Shown here: piece by piece, positions 26,196-40,110 of the stretch
How the letters are laid out: the number at the start of each line of letters is the position of its first letter
How positions within the stretch are numbered: position 1 is the stretch's first letter
DNA from: Lama glama
Taxonomy: Eukaryota
NCBI GenBank assembly: GCA_028534125.1
Contig: CM052818.1
Location: forward strand, 49,230,001-49,294,000
Direction of reading: 5' to 3'
Length of the DNA stretch: 64,000 nucleotides
Program-made: the position numbers and the translations under genes
The notes under the pieces: model-generated
Seen by the model: the letters and a program-made list of their open reading frames with translations, nothing else
What the model was told of the DNA's origin: nothing
Databases searched by the model: none

Positions 26196-28730
26196 TCATC
26201 TTCGTTTGTCTGAGACCCACCTGCATGACACAGCATCCAAGAAGTGTAATAAAGTACAGGAAACAAAAGCTCTCTCCTTCTCTGCCCCTGTTGACTCCGT
26301 TTCCTCCCCAGAGTCAACCACTGTTAACCAGTAGGTTGTATATTGACATATGTAGCTTTCACCCCAAAACATGATAAATCCAAAGCGTGACTGGTTGCCA
26401 AAATATCCCGGAGCTCACATCCAGCTATCAAATTATATGAAGCTTTCTGAGTGTTCTTAATAGAGAGGACATATTTCATTATAAAAATAGACCATGATTA
26501 TTTAACGTCTCAATAACTAGCCATTTGTTCCAAACTTTCTTTCCCCTCCTTTCAGTAAAAACACGAAGAATCTCCTTTAAAGCTTACGGTTGTGATGTAC
26601 TTGGAGGAGAGGAGAAGGGGAAGACAGAGCAAGGAGGTGATGTCACCATACGTGGCAACCTAAGCCAACACAAACGGAGGCCTTGGGAAAAGTCATTGTA
26701 ACTAAGTAATTATTTTCCCATATCGAGAGTTAATATTGCACATACACACATTAAAATGAGAACTAATGTAAAGAACGAACAGCCAGCATGTCTACAGCAT
26801 CTCAAAACTCAGCCAATTTGCCACAGCACAGAGCTGCCCACTGCTCTTCAGTATTTCAGGCAAACTGCACCCACTCCCCCAAAACACCACTCAAAACGGA
26901 AAATGTGGGCTTTCCCCCTTAACATCATCTTCTCTTGAGATTAAAATAAAGCACCACGCCCTGTCAGGGTGAAAGCTGTCACCACAGCAACGTGGGTTTA
27001 TTAGCTACAAGGTCACTAATTTAATCCCAACTGTGCTCAACTCTTTCTTGCATTAAAACACGTGTTCCACAAAAGTTCTAAACGCTTTTGCATAATTATT
27101 TACTAGCACCCCAATTTGGAGATTATTTCCACACGTAACTTTTCTGTGTTTGTAAAAATGATCTTTCAAATTTTTATGATTCATTTCAGGTTTGTCATTT
27201 CAAAAATAATCTGCATATGGTGGACGTACAATCATAAGCAATACACAGACAGGCATTAACGTTTTAAATGATTACTCGGAAGAAGCAGCTGTGTTCTGAG
27301 AAATGTGCTGCAGTGAAGGCAAATAAATGGTCTTAAAAAAACACTTTCGAAAGGAACAAGGCAGAATAATTGAGGTGGCACCTGCCTAAAATTTATTCTT
27401 TTATTCAAGAGACAGACGATTTTTTTAAATCCCATCTTAAAGAGTCAGTTACAATTAATCGGCAAGGAACATTTGCACGACACATTTATTTTTAAAGAAA
27501 ACTATTCAATCCGCATTTCGGGATTTCACCCGCTAATCAATCCAAGAGCAGTCAAGAAAAAAAGCCGACTCAAACCACAGCATCATTAGGGGTTCTGTGT
27601 AGTTACGACAGAAAGTCTGCATGACTCAGACGTCGAGGAGGCGAGGGCGGCAGAGAGAAAGGTGGAGACTGAGACTGAGACAGAAAGGGAGGGAGGAAGG
27701 GAGGGAGAGGAAAAGACCGAGGGAGAAAATCATTACACTAACTCGGTTGTCCCTGTGCTGCTTTGCAACGTGTTCATTTTGGAGCCGATGTGCAGCACTC
27801 AGCTAGCTAGACTTCATCCTGGTCCTTAAAGGGCAGCCACTCTGGGGAGCGCTGTACTTTTCCCAGGGAGAGACCCACCTTCTTGTAGTAAAGTACAGCA
27901 TGTGGCGATCAGACGGCTTTCTCGTTTAGCGTAACCTCTGTGCATAAACCTGCCTGACGTGGCTGGCTTACGGAACCAGTGAATCCTAACAGCAGATCTC
28001 AGTGTATTCACCCACAGAGCTGTAATTATTTACGGCACAGAAGTTAATCAGAAGGTCAGCCGAGAAAGTAAAAGTTCAGGAAAATGTCCAGCCTACATCA
28101 CCAAGGAACAAGAAAGCATTTTTCTCCTGGATGGCTGGTGGTGGCTGTGTTCTGCATACACATCGTGTCTTCCAAAGACTGCAGAAGGACACTGCCTTGA
28201 AGGCGTAGCATTGCAGAGACGTGGACAACACAGGATTTGGGGCACCAAGTTTAATTCAAAAGGATTAAGTAGATTCATAGATTTTAAACCAATCAAATCA
28301 CAGAGCCCATTTCTGCGTTCATTTTCCAGCTGACTTAATCACACAGCCCCGAGCTCCGATTTCTCATCGATTATCCGAGCTGCAAAAACCTGGAGACCAA
28401 TTCTGCGATGTGTTAATCAACACACGTGACACAGGGAAACAGACTTTATCGTGGTCTCTGGGCTGGAAATCAAACCAGTAACCGCTGTTGATTTAGCCAT
28501 ATTCACCCTAAAGAAACATTAATATATTAATTACTTAATTTTTAAAAGTTATGCTGGTTGACCAGATCAGACAGCAAAGTACCTTAAAAAGCAAGGAAAA
28601 TAAAAGCTGCTAGTGATTGAAAGCTAAATGAAACAACTGAAAGAAAAAGAGAGAGAGAGAGAGAAAAGTCAAAGCAGGGAGATTTTAAGCGGAAGTGAAA
28701 AAGCTGTTTAAATGGGGTGAAGAAGATGCA

Positions 28731-29230
28731 NNNNNNNNNNNNNNNNNNNNNNNNNNNNNNNNNNNNNNNNNNNNNNNNNNNNNNNNNNNNNNNNNNNNNN
28801 NNNNNNNNNNNNNNNNNNNNNNNNNNNNNNNNNNNNNNNNNNNNNNNNNNNNNNNNNNNNNNNNNNNNNNNNNNNNNNNNNNNNNNNNNNNNNNNNNNNN
28901 NNNNNNNNNNNNNNNNNNNNNNNNNNNNNNNNNNNNNNNNNNNNNNNNNNNNNNNNNNNNNNNNNNNNNNNNNNNNNNNNNNNNNNNNNNNNNNNNNNNN
29001 NNNNNNNNNNNNNNNNNNNNNNNNNNNNNNNNNNNNNNNNNNNNNNNNNNNNNNNNNNNNNNNNNNNNNNNNNNNNNNNNNNNNNNNNNNNNNNNNNNNN
29101 NNNNNNNNNNNNNNNNNNNNNNNNNNNNNNNNNNNNNNNNNNNNNNNNNNNNNNNNNNNNNNNNNNNNNNNNNNNNNNNNNNNNNNNNNNNNNNNNNNNN
29201 NNNNNNNNNNNNNNNNNNNNNNNNNNNNNN
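28731..29230. other. Assembly gap, exactly 500 N
   Basis: Run of N seen directly. Confidence 1.
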
Positions 29231-32200
29231 TAATTACTTTGAGCTTTTCTATCCTCTTACTCAGTTGGTCATCTTTTATTCACAGGGGATCAGTTCTATA
29301 GTGTTAAGTGATCAATCTTGACAGTGATTTGCTGGAATTGATCAGTCAAGGCTAAGAATGTTTAATAAGCAGCTGCCTGGGAGGGATGGGTTAACAAAAC
29401 AGTGCTCGCAGTACCTTCCAGCAAGTCCACAGGTAAAGATCGTGTAGGATTTTTCCCTCTCAGTCTGCACTTTTAATTTATCCCAGCCTCTGCCCTCTGA
29501 CATACACGCTACTTCACGACACTGGAGAGCACTAATGCATGAGAAACAAAACCTGACTCGCAAGAGTGGCTCATTCACCAGCCCCGCGGGCACCGACGGC
29601 AGCCCCACTGCCTGGCGTCACTTGGGTAGCACGCTCTGCAGCGGCGCATCCAAGACACTGCAATGCTGTGATGCTGCACTGAAAATGGAAAATACATCTG
29701 TCAAAGAAGACGTAATACATCTATGCGTGTTATGAAGCAAAATACTTAAAGGTAGCGTTGCGTTAATAAATTTTGACTATTAGCATACTATTACCAAATA
29801 CAAAATTTTATTCATGAGGAAAGTAGAAACCAAGACCAAAATAAGAGAAAGGGCCGAAAGTGAGTTTGCATTAACATTTCTTGCTAAATTTATCTTTTCT
29901 CCATCAAAGTAGAAAGAACGTTTTTGCCACATATGTCTTACTAATTCTAACTACTTTCTGTTCATTAAGATGTTTTGATTCTTAAAGATTTACCTTTAAA
30001 ACTTATAAATGCTCAGTGATCAAAAAGCATATTAACAAACATGAGCAATCTTAGCATTCTTAAAATATTTCCCGAAATAAGAGTAGCAGGTGTGGCCTAC
30101 GTATAGCAGATTCCTTGAAGACTTCACGTCGCAACTTTAAAAGCAGCTGATAACTCCAGAAGCAAAACGCTTTTTCCCTCTATTGCCCTGCACACCGAAT
30201 CTATTTAGTCAAACACACTCCAGTATTTCTGGACAAACTGTGATTTTATTGACGAGAACAGCCAATACATCTCTTGCCTTCTTCATAAGGAATACGTGGA
30301 AATGAAGGAAATGCTGGTCTTCAAATTTCTGAAAGAAATTTTAATTGGTACTTAATAGGCACAATTACTGGAAACACAGAAAAATGTTGGTGTCATTTTC
30401 CAACAAATAAGAGGCCAAGGTTTAAACTTTCATCCTAAAGCTATAATTTAGGAAAACATTTTCTGTCATCGCTCTTAAGTGTCTTGTAACAACACATCCG
30501 CACTCACCTGACGTGGTGATTTCATTATTTTCTTTCTTTCCCACTTAGATGACATAGACACATATTTTTTTATACACTGACAGTAAAATGTACATGTCTT
30601 TTTGTATTTTTCTTGTCTAATTTAACATTGTATTTCTTAGAATCACCAATGACAGACAATTTCTTTGGCTTGACCCAGAACAGCAACAATCTATGTTGAA
30701 GTATGAACAAATAAAGAAAAAATGCCATTCTCTTAATTAACTCAGTGCTCAGATTTATAGCTGTGATAGCATCCACTTGTCTCCCTGCCTCTCTTCCCTC
30801 TGGTTTACCTCTTACCATTCTGGGGGCACATGGATGGCGTCAGCACAAACCTAGGGAAGTAAAATCGGACAGAGGTCTTTTGCGGCACATTTTACAGCTC
30901 CGTGGAAACAAGGCGTGATCTCCTGGCAGACAGGCTGGCAGACGTTGCAGGCTGTGACCTAGCCATAAAGAGTTTTGAAGGCCATCAATAAACCACTCCC
31001 TAATAACCTTCCCAAAGGGCAGAGCGCAACACAGCTGGCTATGTTTAGGGTAAAGTCATCATAAAAAAATGTGCTTAATCAGAGTTAAGTTGGAAAAGAT
31101 TGGTGTAACAGTTCCAATGATCAACTATAGATGTTAACAAAACACTTTAAACCATATTTGTATGGACATACGTGTGGACCATTGAGTTCCCAGCAGCTGT
31201 GAAGTACTGTTATTTACAACAACAGCAACAAAATAACACCTGAATGAGCTCTCGGGTCACTGGAAAAGAGGTCTGGTTTTGCCAGATAAGTTCTTTCCTT
31301 TACATGTGACTTCATGGGTATGAACCTCAGTTTCTAAGCTTCAATTTTATATGAAATGGTGGCTGTCTCATTTTACTGTTGAGAGTATTAACTGAAAAAA
31401 AATCTGTTTGAAAAGTATTTTAAGTTGTACACATATTTACCATCGTTTTAAACCATTTACGTAATCATAGATTATTTATTTATTTGTCTTTATTTACCAG
31501 AGCATCTCACTGTAAGAAACACGTGAAACATTTGTCTTTAGTGAAGTTCTTACTTGCCGGAATAATTACATGGACAGAGGGCTGGCAATGAATGAAGGGT
31601 GTTTATTTCCGTACGTCTGCCTAGTGCTCCAACATGTCGTGAGTAGCTCGATAAGAAGTAACTCAGAAACAGGAACAGTGGCGTGTAAAATATAAACTAT
31701 GCGACGCCGATGGCGCTTTATTCCTACCTGCGTAAGTCTCACCACACCAGAGAACGTTCCCCGTGTGCTTGGTCTCAGTTTCTGTACCATAGGTCCATTT
31801 TGACTAATTCACAGTAAAATGAAAGTAAAACAGGTTAAATTCAATGAAGTACAGCATTTGTAAGAGGTCAATATTCATTTGTCTTTTTTAATGGACTGAA
31901 ATTTCTAATTCTTTCTGATTAAACCAGAGAAATCAGAACACTTGAAACTCGCTAAAGACAAATACCACCAGTGGTCGATCAGTCTGCACCCGTCCAGGTG
32001 TGTCGTCAGGATGGTGGCGTATTTAGGGATAATGACTCAAGAAGGAAATTACAGGACTGAAGACGTTTAGACTGGAAAGAGAAGTCTCAGGACTGGGGAA
32101 AGTGTGCTCCAGAGAGGGAAAGCGTGTGGGTTCAGGCGATACACACTCGTTTACAAATACACTAAGGACCCACCTGCGGAAGAACACTGACAAAAAAGAA

Positions 32201-32329
32201 AAAGATGGAAGCAATTAGTAAAGATGCAGGAAAATAAATTTGTCTCATTTTAAGTATTTTTCAGGGGATAGAATGAAATAATGGCGAAGCATGGGGTCTC
32301 TGTTTCTAAACGGCAGGTATCAAACTGTA

Positions 32330-32500
32330 GGGTCTTGTAAGTTGAGTGACTTTGGATGAGTTACTTAAGCTCTGCTTCTGGTTTCCTTACGTGTGAAATA
32401 GTGTCAAATGTATTATCTATAAAATATCTGAGAGGATTAGAAAATAAATTGCACATAAAGTGCTGAGCAAAGAGACTGACACTAGTAAGTGTCCTGTAAA
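32330..32500 (+). mobile_element. MIR SINE
   Basis: gtgactttggatgagttacttaagctct...gtttccttacgtgtgaaatag...gaggattag...taaagtgctgagc. Confidence 0.75.
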
Positions 32501-35500
32501 AATTGCCTGTAAAATTAGACTTTGGCAAATAGTAAGTTGTCTTTTTTTAATATAAATTATTAAATAAATGCACGTGGATTACTTTTAAATAAATATTATA
32601 TCATATATAATATATGTTTTTCAGTAAATAAATATTGATAATAGCATAATATAGTGACATTGTAGAATTTTGAAAATATAGAAAAGAAAAATCACTTCTA
32701 ATCGTACACTATTGTGTGTAGTGCTTTATTCTCACCACCTACATTGAGGTCATAGGGCATATACAATTTTCCACTGCAGCGTTTGCACTCAACGATAACC
32801 TTTCGGGAGCACGACTTCAATGCCTGTGTAGTGCCTCTGAACACAGACGTAACAATGGAAGCCATGTTGTTGGCTATCTTACTGTTGATCATTCTACCAT
32901 TCTTCCAGTCAGGTTAAGAATATTTGCATCCACGTTTGTAAAAGATACTGTTTTCTTTTTTCTTTGTAATGTCTTTTGAGGGGGAGGTGATTAAGTTTAT
33001 TTGTTTATTTTGATGGCAGTGCTGGGGATCGAACCCCCAGCCTCATGCGCGCTAAGCGTCCACTTTACCACCGAGCGACGCACTGCCCCCTTTGTGACGT
33101 CTCCATCTGGTCTGAGTGTCGAGGGAACGCTGTATCTATGTAAGTAGTATGAGATTATCCCTTCCTATCCATTTTCTGTGATAGTTAGGGTAGAGTCTGT
33201 AGTCTTTTCTGAATGTTTGGTTGAATATCAGTGACACCGGATGCGTGTCTGAAATTTTTTTAGTGGAAAATGTTTAACTACATTTTTAACGATTAAATAC
33301 ATGCCGACACTTTAGTTAATCTGTTCTTTTTGGTGTTTTGTTTTGTTTTAGAGAAAGCTTTGGTAGTTTGTTTCTTTCAAGGAATTACTCCATTTTATCT
33401 AAGGTATTAAATTTATTAGCATAAAGTTCTTGTTCATAATATTCATTTATTACTCTTTTAACATCTGTAGAACTTATGTGCGTCCTCTTTTACTCCTGAT
33501 ATTGACTCTTAGGTTTATACTGCTTTTGTCTTACAAGGCTAGCTAAAAGTTTATCAATATTAATAAACTTGCAAAATAACCAAATTTGGTTTCATTGTTT
33601 TCATCACTTGCTTTTACTTTTGAATTTCACTGATTTTTGCACTTACTCTTTTTATCTCCTGCTTATTTTGAGTTTGATTTCCTCTTCTTTTTCCAATTTC
33701 TTAAGTTGGAAGCTGAAGTCATTAAGTCCTTTAGTGTGACAAATTTCTAATTAAACGCATTTAGCCCCTTATGACAGTTTTTGATACGTGAGTTTCTATT
33801 TTTAGTTTTTTAAAAACATTTTCTGATTGCTTCATTGGCCCACATGTTATTTGGAAATGTGCTTTTAGTTTCTGAAAATTTGGGAGTTTTCCAGATATCT
33901 TTCTATCATCAATTTCTGACAATTCTATTGTTTATTATTTATTTAAACAAGTAAATAAAATCCATATGATTTGAATCCATTTACGTTTACTGAGACTTGT
34001 TTTATGACCCAAAATGTAATATATCTTTGTGTAAACTTGAAAAGATTGTATCTTCTGGGTTGGGTTTGATGTTCTATACATGTCTAGGAAGTCAGTTTGA
34101 TTAATGATGCTGCTCAGATCTTCAATATCCTTAACAAATTTCTATTTCATTCTTTTGTCAACTAATGAGACAGGGATGTGGATGCATGCACTTTGTATCT
34201 TGTTATAAGATGCATAATAATTTATAACACTATGTCTTCCTGGTGAAATAACCCTGTTATCCTTAGGAAATGACCACCCCAAATAAGAGTTTTTTGTTCT
34301 AAAGTCTATTTTGATTAATATAGTAACTCAAGCTTTATTTAGATCCAGATTAGTTTAAATCTTTTCTTCCATCCTTTTATTTCAGCCTATATTTTATTTC
34401 AACCTTTATATTTATTATGAGATTCCTATAGACAATATTTACTTGAGTCTTGCTTTTTTCCGAAAGACACCAGATAACCTTTCCCTTTTAAACAGGTTGC
34501 TTAGAATATCTTCACTTAACACGGTGACTTGTGTGTGGTGTCCACATCTACTACTCTTATATTTGTTTTCTACTTTTTCCCACCATCCCTTTTACCTTTT
34601 GTTGCCCTTTATTTTTCTTTCTACTTTTGGATTAATTAAAATTTTTATGACATCACTTTACCCACGCTAGTGGCTTGTTTTCTTATATGTGTGTATGTGT
34701 AACTTATTTATACTTTATTGGCTTCTTACAGACAATTGATTGTTTCTCCTGTTAGTTGCTTTAAGATTGCTAAAGACATATTTTACTCAACTGAGTTAAC
34801 CTCTATTCACTGTTTCATAATGTTCCGTACTGTGTAAGAACTTTATAAAAAACATAGTTCTGTTCTCACCAAACCAGTTCTCTATTGCATTGTGTCCAAT
34901 AAAAAATCTGCTGTCATTCTTTGTTTGTTTTTTATGTGATGAACCTCTTTTATTTCTAGAAGCTTGTACAGTTCCTTTCTTTATCACTGGTGTTAAGCAG
35001 TTTGAACAAGCAGTGTCCTGATACGGTTTCCTTTTTATTTCTTGTGTTTGGGATTTGTTGAGTCTTAGACTATGGGTTTACAGCTTGAACCCTATTTGAA
35101 GAGTTTTTAACTATTATTACTTTAAACATATTTTGCTACTTCCTCCATTTATTCCATTTATTACGCATCTATTTTGTGTCGTGTAGCTGCAGCTCCTTTT
35201 ACTCCATGCGCCTTTCCTTTCAGTCTTTTTTCTCTTTTTGGATATGTCCTATTTCTATGTCTTCACATTCATTACTCTTTTCTTTTGCAGTGTCTAATCT
35301 GATATTAATCCATTCAGCGTGTCTTATCTCAGGCATTTTTTTTTTTTAGTCAATAAGTTTAATTTGGATCTTTTATAAATCCTCCACATTTCGAACTAAT
35401 ATACTCAGTATTTCCTCTACTTCTTTATACAAATATAAAAATATAGTTATAATAGCTTTTAAAATGTCTTCACCTCTAGTTCCTTCATCTATAATGTCTC

Positions 35501-36300
35501 CGAGTCTGTGTTTATTGGTTGATTTTTCTCTTCAACACAGGCTGTACTTTCTGCACAGTTGGATTCCTGGTATCTGTGATGAGATGCCATGCACTCTGAC
35601 TTTTACCCTATTGTGTGCTATATGGTTTTGTACTCCTGTAAGTACTTCTGAGCTTCGTTATAAAACATAGCTACTTTTAAACAGGGATTCATTTCAATCT
35701 TTTTTAATACTTTTTATTACATTATGTTGGACCACTGCAGCATTCCGTCTAGAGATAATTCTTCATCACTAGTGAGGCAGGATGCTTCTGTGTAGACCAC
35801 CCAATGCCCTGTGCATTAGGAGGCTGTCCAGTCTGCCTGGTGGGGACAGGCACTGTGCAGTCACCAAGAGCTGTAATTCCTGTGGTTGCAGTATAATTAT
35901 TATTTTTTATTACCTCAGATAGCGCTCTCACATTCCTGCTCTGATCAGTACTGAACTGAATACATGGAGTGAACCCTCTCAGATCCCTAGAACTCTTTGT
36001 GTAGCCTTCTCCTCTCCAGTCCTCTGCCTATAAATTAACAGCTTTGGTCTTTTTTGACCTCTAGCTCTCTCTCTTCAACTCGGAAAGACCAAGATGCCCT
36101 GATTAGGGAACACCTCCCTGCAATGACACCTGGCCCCTCTCCAGGGACAGATTTGGGATTATTGTAGAACTCATCATGCTTTGTTTTCCATCTCTCAGGG
36201 ATCCTTCTCTGGTCTACAATGGCTACAAACTATAGTTTCACATAGTTTGCAAATTTTTAGTTGTTTCAGGTAGTGGGGTAAATCTGGTCCCTTTTTTTTC
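32500..36300 (-). mobile_element. Ancient L1 fragments (3' UTR piece, ORF2, ORF1, 5' UTR)
   Basis: T-rich antisense L1-like text: tttcaaggaattactccattttatctaagg, tttactgagacttgttttatgaccc, tttagttgtttcaggtagtggggtaaatctggtccc. Confidence 0.8.
32975..33090 (-). mobile_element. tRNA-derived SINE (camelid-type)
   Basis: Reverse complement gggggcagtgcgtcgctcggtggtaaag...ggttcgatccccagcac has Pol III A and B boxes; TSD tttgtaatgtct (32963-32974) / tttgtgacgtct (33091-33102). Confidence 0.85.
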
Positions 36301-36451
36301 CCCCGGAATCCAAGGAACTACAAAATTCCTTTGCATGGGTTTATTTAGTTTTCTTATTTCAAATATATTTGCTTTTATTTTTTTAAATTTATATACACAT
36401 TTAATACTCTAAACATTCTACTTATTATTACATTATCTGTATTGAGTAGAT

Positions 36452-36645
36452 CAGGGTTCAGCAAATATTTTTCTGTAAAAGTAAAGTTGATAAATACTTT
36501 AGGGTTTATGTGCCTCATGATCAATGTTGCAATTACTCAACTCAGCCACAGTGAGACAAAATCAGCTATTCGTAGTACATGAACAAATGGGTGTTGCTGT
36601 GTTCCAATAAAACTTTATTTACAAGCAGGCAGTGGTCTGGTTTAA
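36452..36645. mobile_element. MER58 DNA transposon (hAT-Charlie)
   Basis: cagggttcagcaaatatttttctgtaaa start; gctgtgttccaataaaactttatttacaa. Confidence 0.85.
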
Positions 36646-36699
36646 CAAAACTAGTGTAATAACTCCTTCCATAAATAATCATGTTTGGTATTCAGTTTC

Positions 36700-39200
36700 A
36701 TCACACCAATGAAGCGTTCTAATGTTGCTGTGGTTTTCCCTCTTGTCCTAACGGTTTAAATACGTTGCTGCTTTTGTTATTCTTGCTGAGCTCCAGTGGT
36801 TTTGCACTGTGGGTGGAGCATGCTGTTTGCATGACTTGTATTATTTGCCGTTTATTGGAGTTTTCTTGGTGGCCTAAGGTACAGCTACTTTTTAATTATC
36901 TCACGAACATTTGTGGAAAAATTATGTTTTAGTATTGGAGTTCAGAGTTCAATATATGATGATTGTATGATTTTCTTTTTTATTATTTTCTTTTTTATCA
37001 TTAATTTTAGCACTTGATCTGCTTGAGATTGGTAGAGATTTGTTAATGCTAGTCATAGCACGATTCTACCCTTCCTCACATCTCTTGAACTTCAACCTTA
37101 TAAAGGCTGTTTTATTTGGTGCATAATTTTAATAATTGTTACAGAAGTGTTTTGCATGATTGCATTTAACATCTTTGAGTGTCCTTTTTTATCTCTGCTA
37201 GTGCTTTTTTGATCTGAGATGTCACATCTGATGGTACTAGGTATCTAAGTCATGGCTCCTGCTTTGCTTTTTCTTACTTAACTAGTATATGCGATCCTCA
37301 CCCATAAATTTTACATTTAGTCTTTTGATCTCTTTTATTTGGGTTTATTCCTTTCAAAAGACTTTGGTTACAATTTGCTTTTTTAGCAACCTGAAAGTCT
37401 TTTATTGTAATTATATTTGATTTCTTTTTTAAATGTATAATTTTTGACATTTAGTAAATGTTGCATTTTTTCCCCTGACATTTCTTTTGATCTAATAGCT
37501 TTCTGTAATACCTTCAGTAGCCTCTTTCCCTTGGAACTGTCTATTGCTTTTCTACTATTATCATTTTTTCAAATGTACAGTAACAACTTCTCACTTTCTC
37601 CTCCCCTTTTCCTCTAACAGCCAAATTGAAGAAATAATATTTCACCCGATTAATTCTTATTGGGTAATCAATGCTGTATATATTTTCTGTGTCACTACAC
37701 TCTCTGTATTCAACCATGTTTTGATAGTTGTACCATATCTGTATTTTCTGGTCTTAGATTTATGCTTTTTGTTTTGTTTTGTTTTCCACCTTGTCTGTAA
37801 TCTTTATTTTTGAAGGCCAGTTTGGCTTATATTTTCTTTCCCTGATTATGTTAATAATAGTACTCTAATGTCTGAGGGCCCACATCATTACTGCCCAAAA
37901 TTGAGATGTCAGTCTGATTCCCTGCCTTTTTAAGTGACTTGGTATTTTTGCTTAAGATTTTCAGAAAATTAATAAAATAATATTATGAATTAATAATTAG
38001 TCATGCAGGTATATATTTAAAATATAATAATATTATAAATTAAAAATTAGCTCTGTCTATTGTAGGCTGATTTTCCTCAGACAGTCTCTCGGTTCTTTCA
38101 TCTTATGTTTTCAAGTCTTTCATTTCAGGAAAGTTTTCTTAAATTATTGAGTTATTTCTTGAATTATTGCTTTTATTTTCTTCCTCATTGACTTCTATAG
38201 ATAGAGAGAGAGATTAAATCTCTCCTGGCTTTTTCTAAATCTCTCTCTCTCAAAAAGTGTTTTTCTTAATGTTTTTCTTCATTGAAATATTTTTCTTTAC
38301 ATCTTTTGTCTATCAAGGCATAGCCAATGCTGTTCACCTACTTGTTTACATGGTCTTGACCTCCTCTGTGTGTAATATTTATTTCTGAAATGGTTATTTT
38401 ATTTATAATCCTTTATTTATAATTCTTCTCTAATGGCAAATCTTCTTGGTCCCATCACTCGAGTTTTGCAAGTTCTAAATATCGTATTTGCATGGCTTCT
38501 ACCATTTTCTTCAGTTCATTTTGGTATATTGGGTTATACGTTTCATCTGTTTTGTCCACACGCCTTTCTGACATGATTTAGTTCCTCTGAAGACATTATT
38601 TTGCTAGCTCATTTTTTTCAACTTTATTTTATAATAACTTTGTGTAGGATTTGACCAAAATCCATTTCTCTTCTCAAGTTTAATTTTAATTTTGATTGAT
38701 TTTCCTGTGCTCTCAAAAGGTGTGGGTGCCAAACAACATTTGTAGTTTCACGGCTCTAAACTCTATTTTCTCTTGTTATCATCAAAATCATGAAATATTA
38801 AAAAAATTATGGTGTCCTTCTATTAGAGATCAACTGGCTTGGTTTCTTTGTTTGATTCTTTGTTTATTTTTTCCCCCTAAATGGACCCTCCCTTCCCTTG
38901 GTACCAACTGACTCTGATGAATCAGTCTTGTTCTACTAGGGCCAGGCTTTTCCTTGGAAAGAAACTGTGGTCAGTTCATTTTGATGATTCATGAGTTCCA
39001 GAATCTTCCAACACTGTCCAGCCTCCCATGTATCCACTCGAGTAAATGGAGCCTAAAAGTACCCTCCCAGTTTTAGCCTCTGCACTCAGGATGTGTCATT
39101 GACATTTCCACTGAGTGATGGTGGTGAGTTTTGAATGTTCTTTTTCTCATTGATTTCAAAATTCCCTTTACCTTGATGCAGAAAACTTTACTAGTCCTTT
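36700..39200 (-). mobile_element. Very old L1/HAL1-like remnant
   Basis: T-rich with L1-like patches (tttattggagttttcttggtggcct; ctttcatttcaggaaagttttctt); heavily diverged. Confidence 0.55.
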
Positions 39201-39564
39201 TCTTTCAATATTAACACCCATGAACTCTATTTGCTATTGAAACATCTCTAGTGCCTATAAGTAGTTTTGTCTCTGTGTGTTTTAATATTTTTCCAGAGTT
39301 TAAAGTTGTTACCTATTTGCTTGTTTCTTACAAACTTTTGCACCATTATGAAAGCAAAGGCACTACATTTTAAAGTAAATGCTATTTCTTTTTAATTATG
39401 GGAAGTTATTAGATTAAATTTCCTTTTTGATTATTATTTCTTATGGGAAGGAAAAATAGTTTCCTGAAATAAAAACTCAAGTAGATGGAAAAATTGTGAA
39501 GAACAACTCACCACAGAGTCCTTGAAGTGATAACAACAATTTTTCTGTTAATTGGATTCTGTTG

Positions 39565-40110
39565 AATTTAAATATTTATTGAATATTTGCTCTGTTCTTT
39601 TTGTCAGGTGTTGCACTAGCTGAGGATACAGAGGTGAATAAGATTTGGCTGTGTCTTCAAGGAGCTCACATCTTGTGTGTATATCAGACGCACACAGAGG
39701 TAACTCTAGTACACGTCACAGTATGTGTTACGCCGTGGACATTTAGAAGGCAGAGGGTGTAGTCTTCACCAGAATAATAATGTCAGCATTCACAAAGTGG
39801 GTGATACGTGATCTGGGCCCTGCAGACAATGCTGGATTGGAAGACTGAAAGAAGTATTCAGTCTGAAGATGGATCATGAGCAGGCACAAATATCTAAATA
39901 AAGTCATGATAATACCCAAACCCACCAAATGAGGAGACGTCAGGTAAACACGGAATCCGAACGCCATGACTTTCTGTTTTGCAGTTGACCTTGAAGGAGT
40001 TACAATAACTTTCTGAGTCTTAGTTAGTCTCATTTTGAGATTTTATAATAATACCTATGTCTCAGCATTGCTGTGAAGATTAAGTGAAAGCATGTGAACA
40101 TGACAGAGAC
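39565..40110. mobile_element. L2 3' fragment followed by MIR
   Basis: atatttattgaatatttgct...gaggatacagaggtgaataaga...tcaaggagctcaca (L2); gcattgctgtgaagattaagtga (MIR core). Confidence 0.65.

Noticed and set aside
28695..29321. ORFs of 208 and 194 aa
   Set aside because: They consist almost entirely of the N gap.
18970..30820. Minus-strand splice donors (~19115, 30502-30510, 30810-30818) as exons of one gene
   Set aside because: Isolated donor motifs are expected by chance, I found no consistent acceptors or reading frame, and they straddle the gap.
33010..33090. Possible tRNA gene on the minus strand
   Set aside because: It has a SINE tail and TSDs, and the tRNA-like part is diverged.
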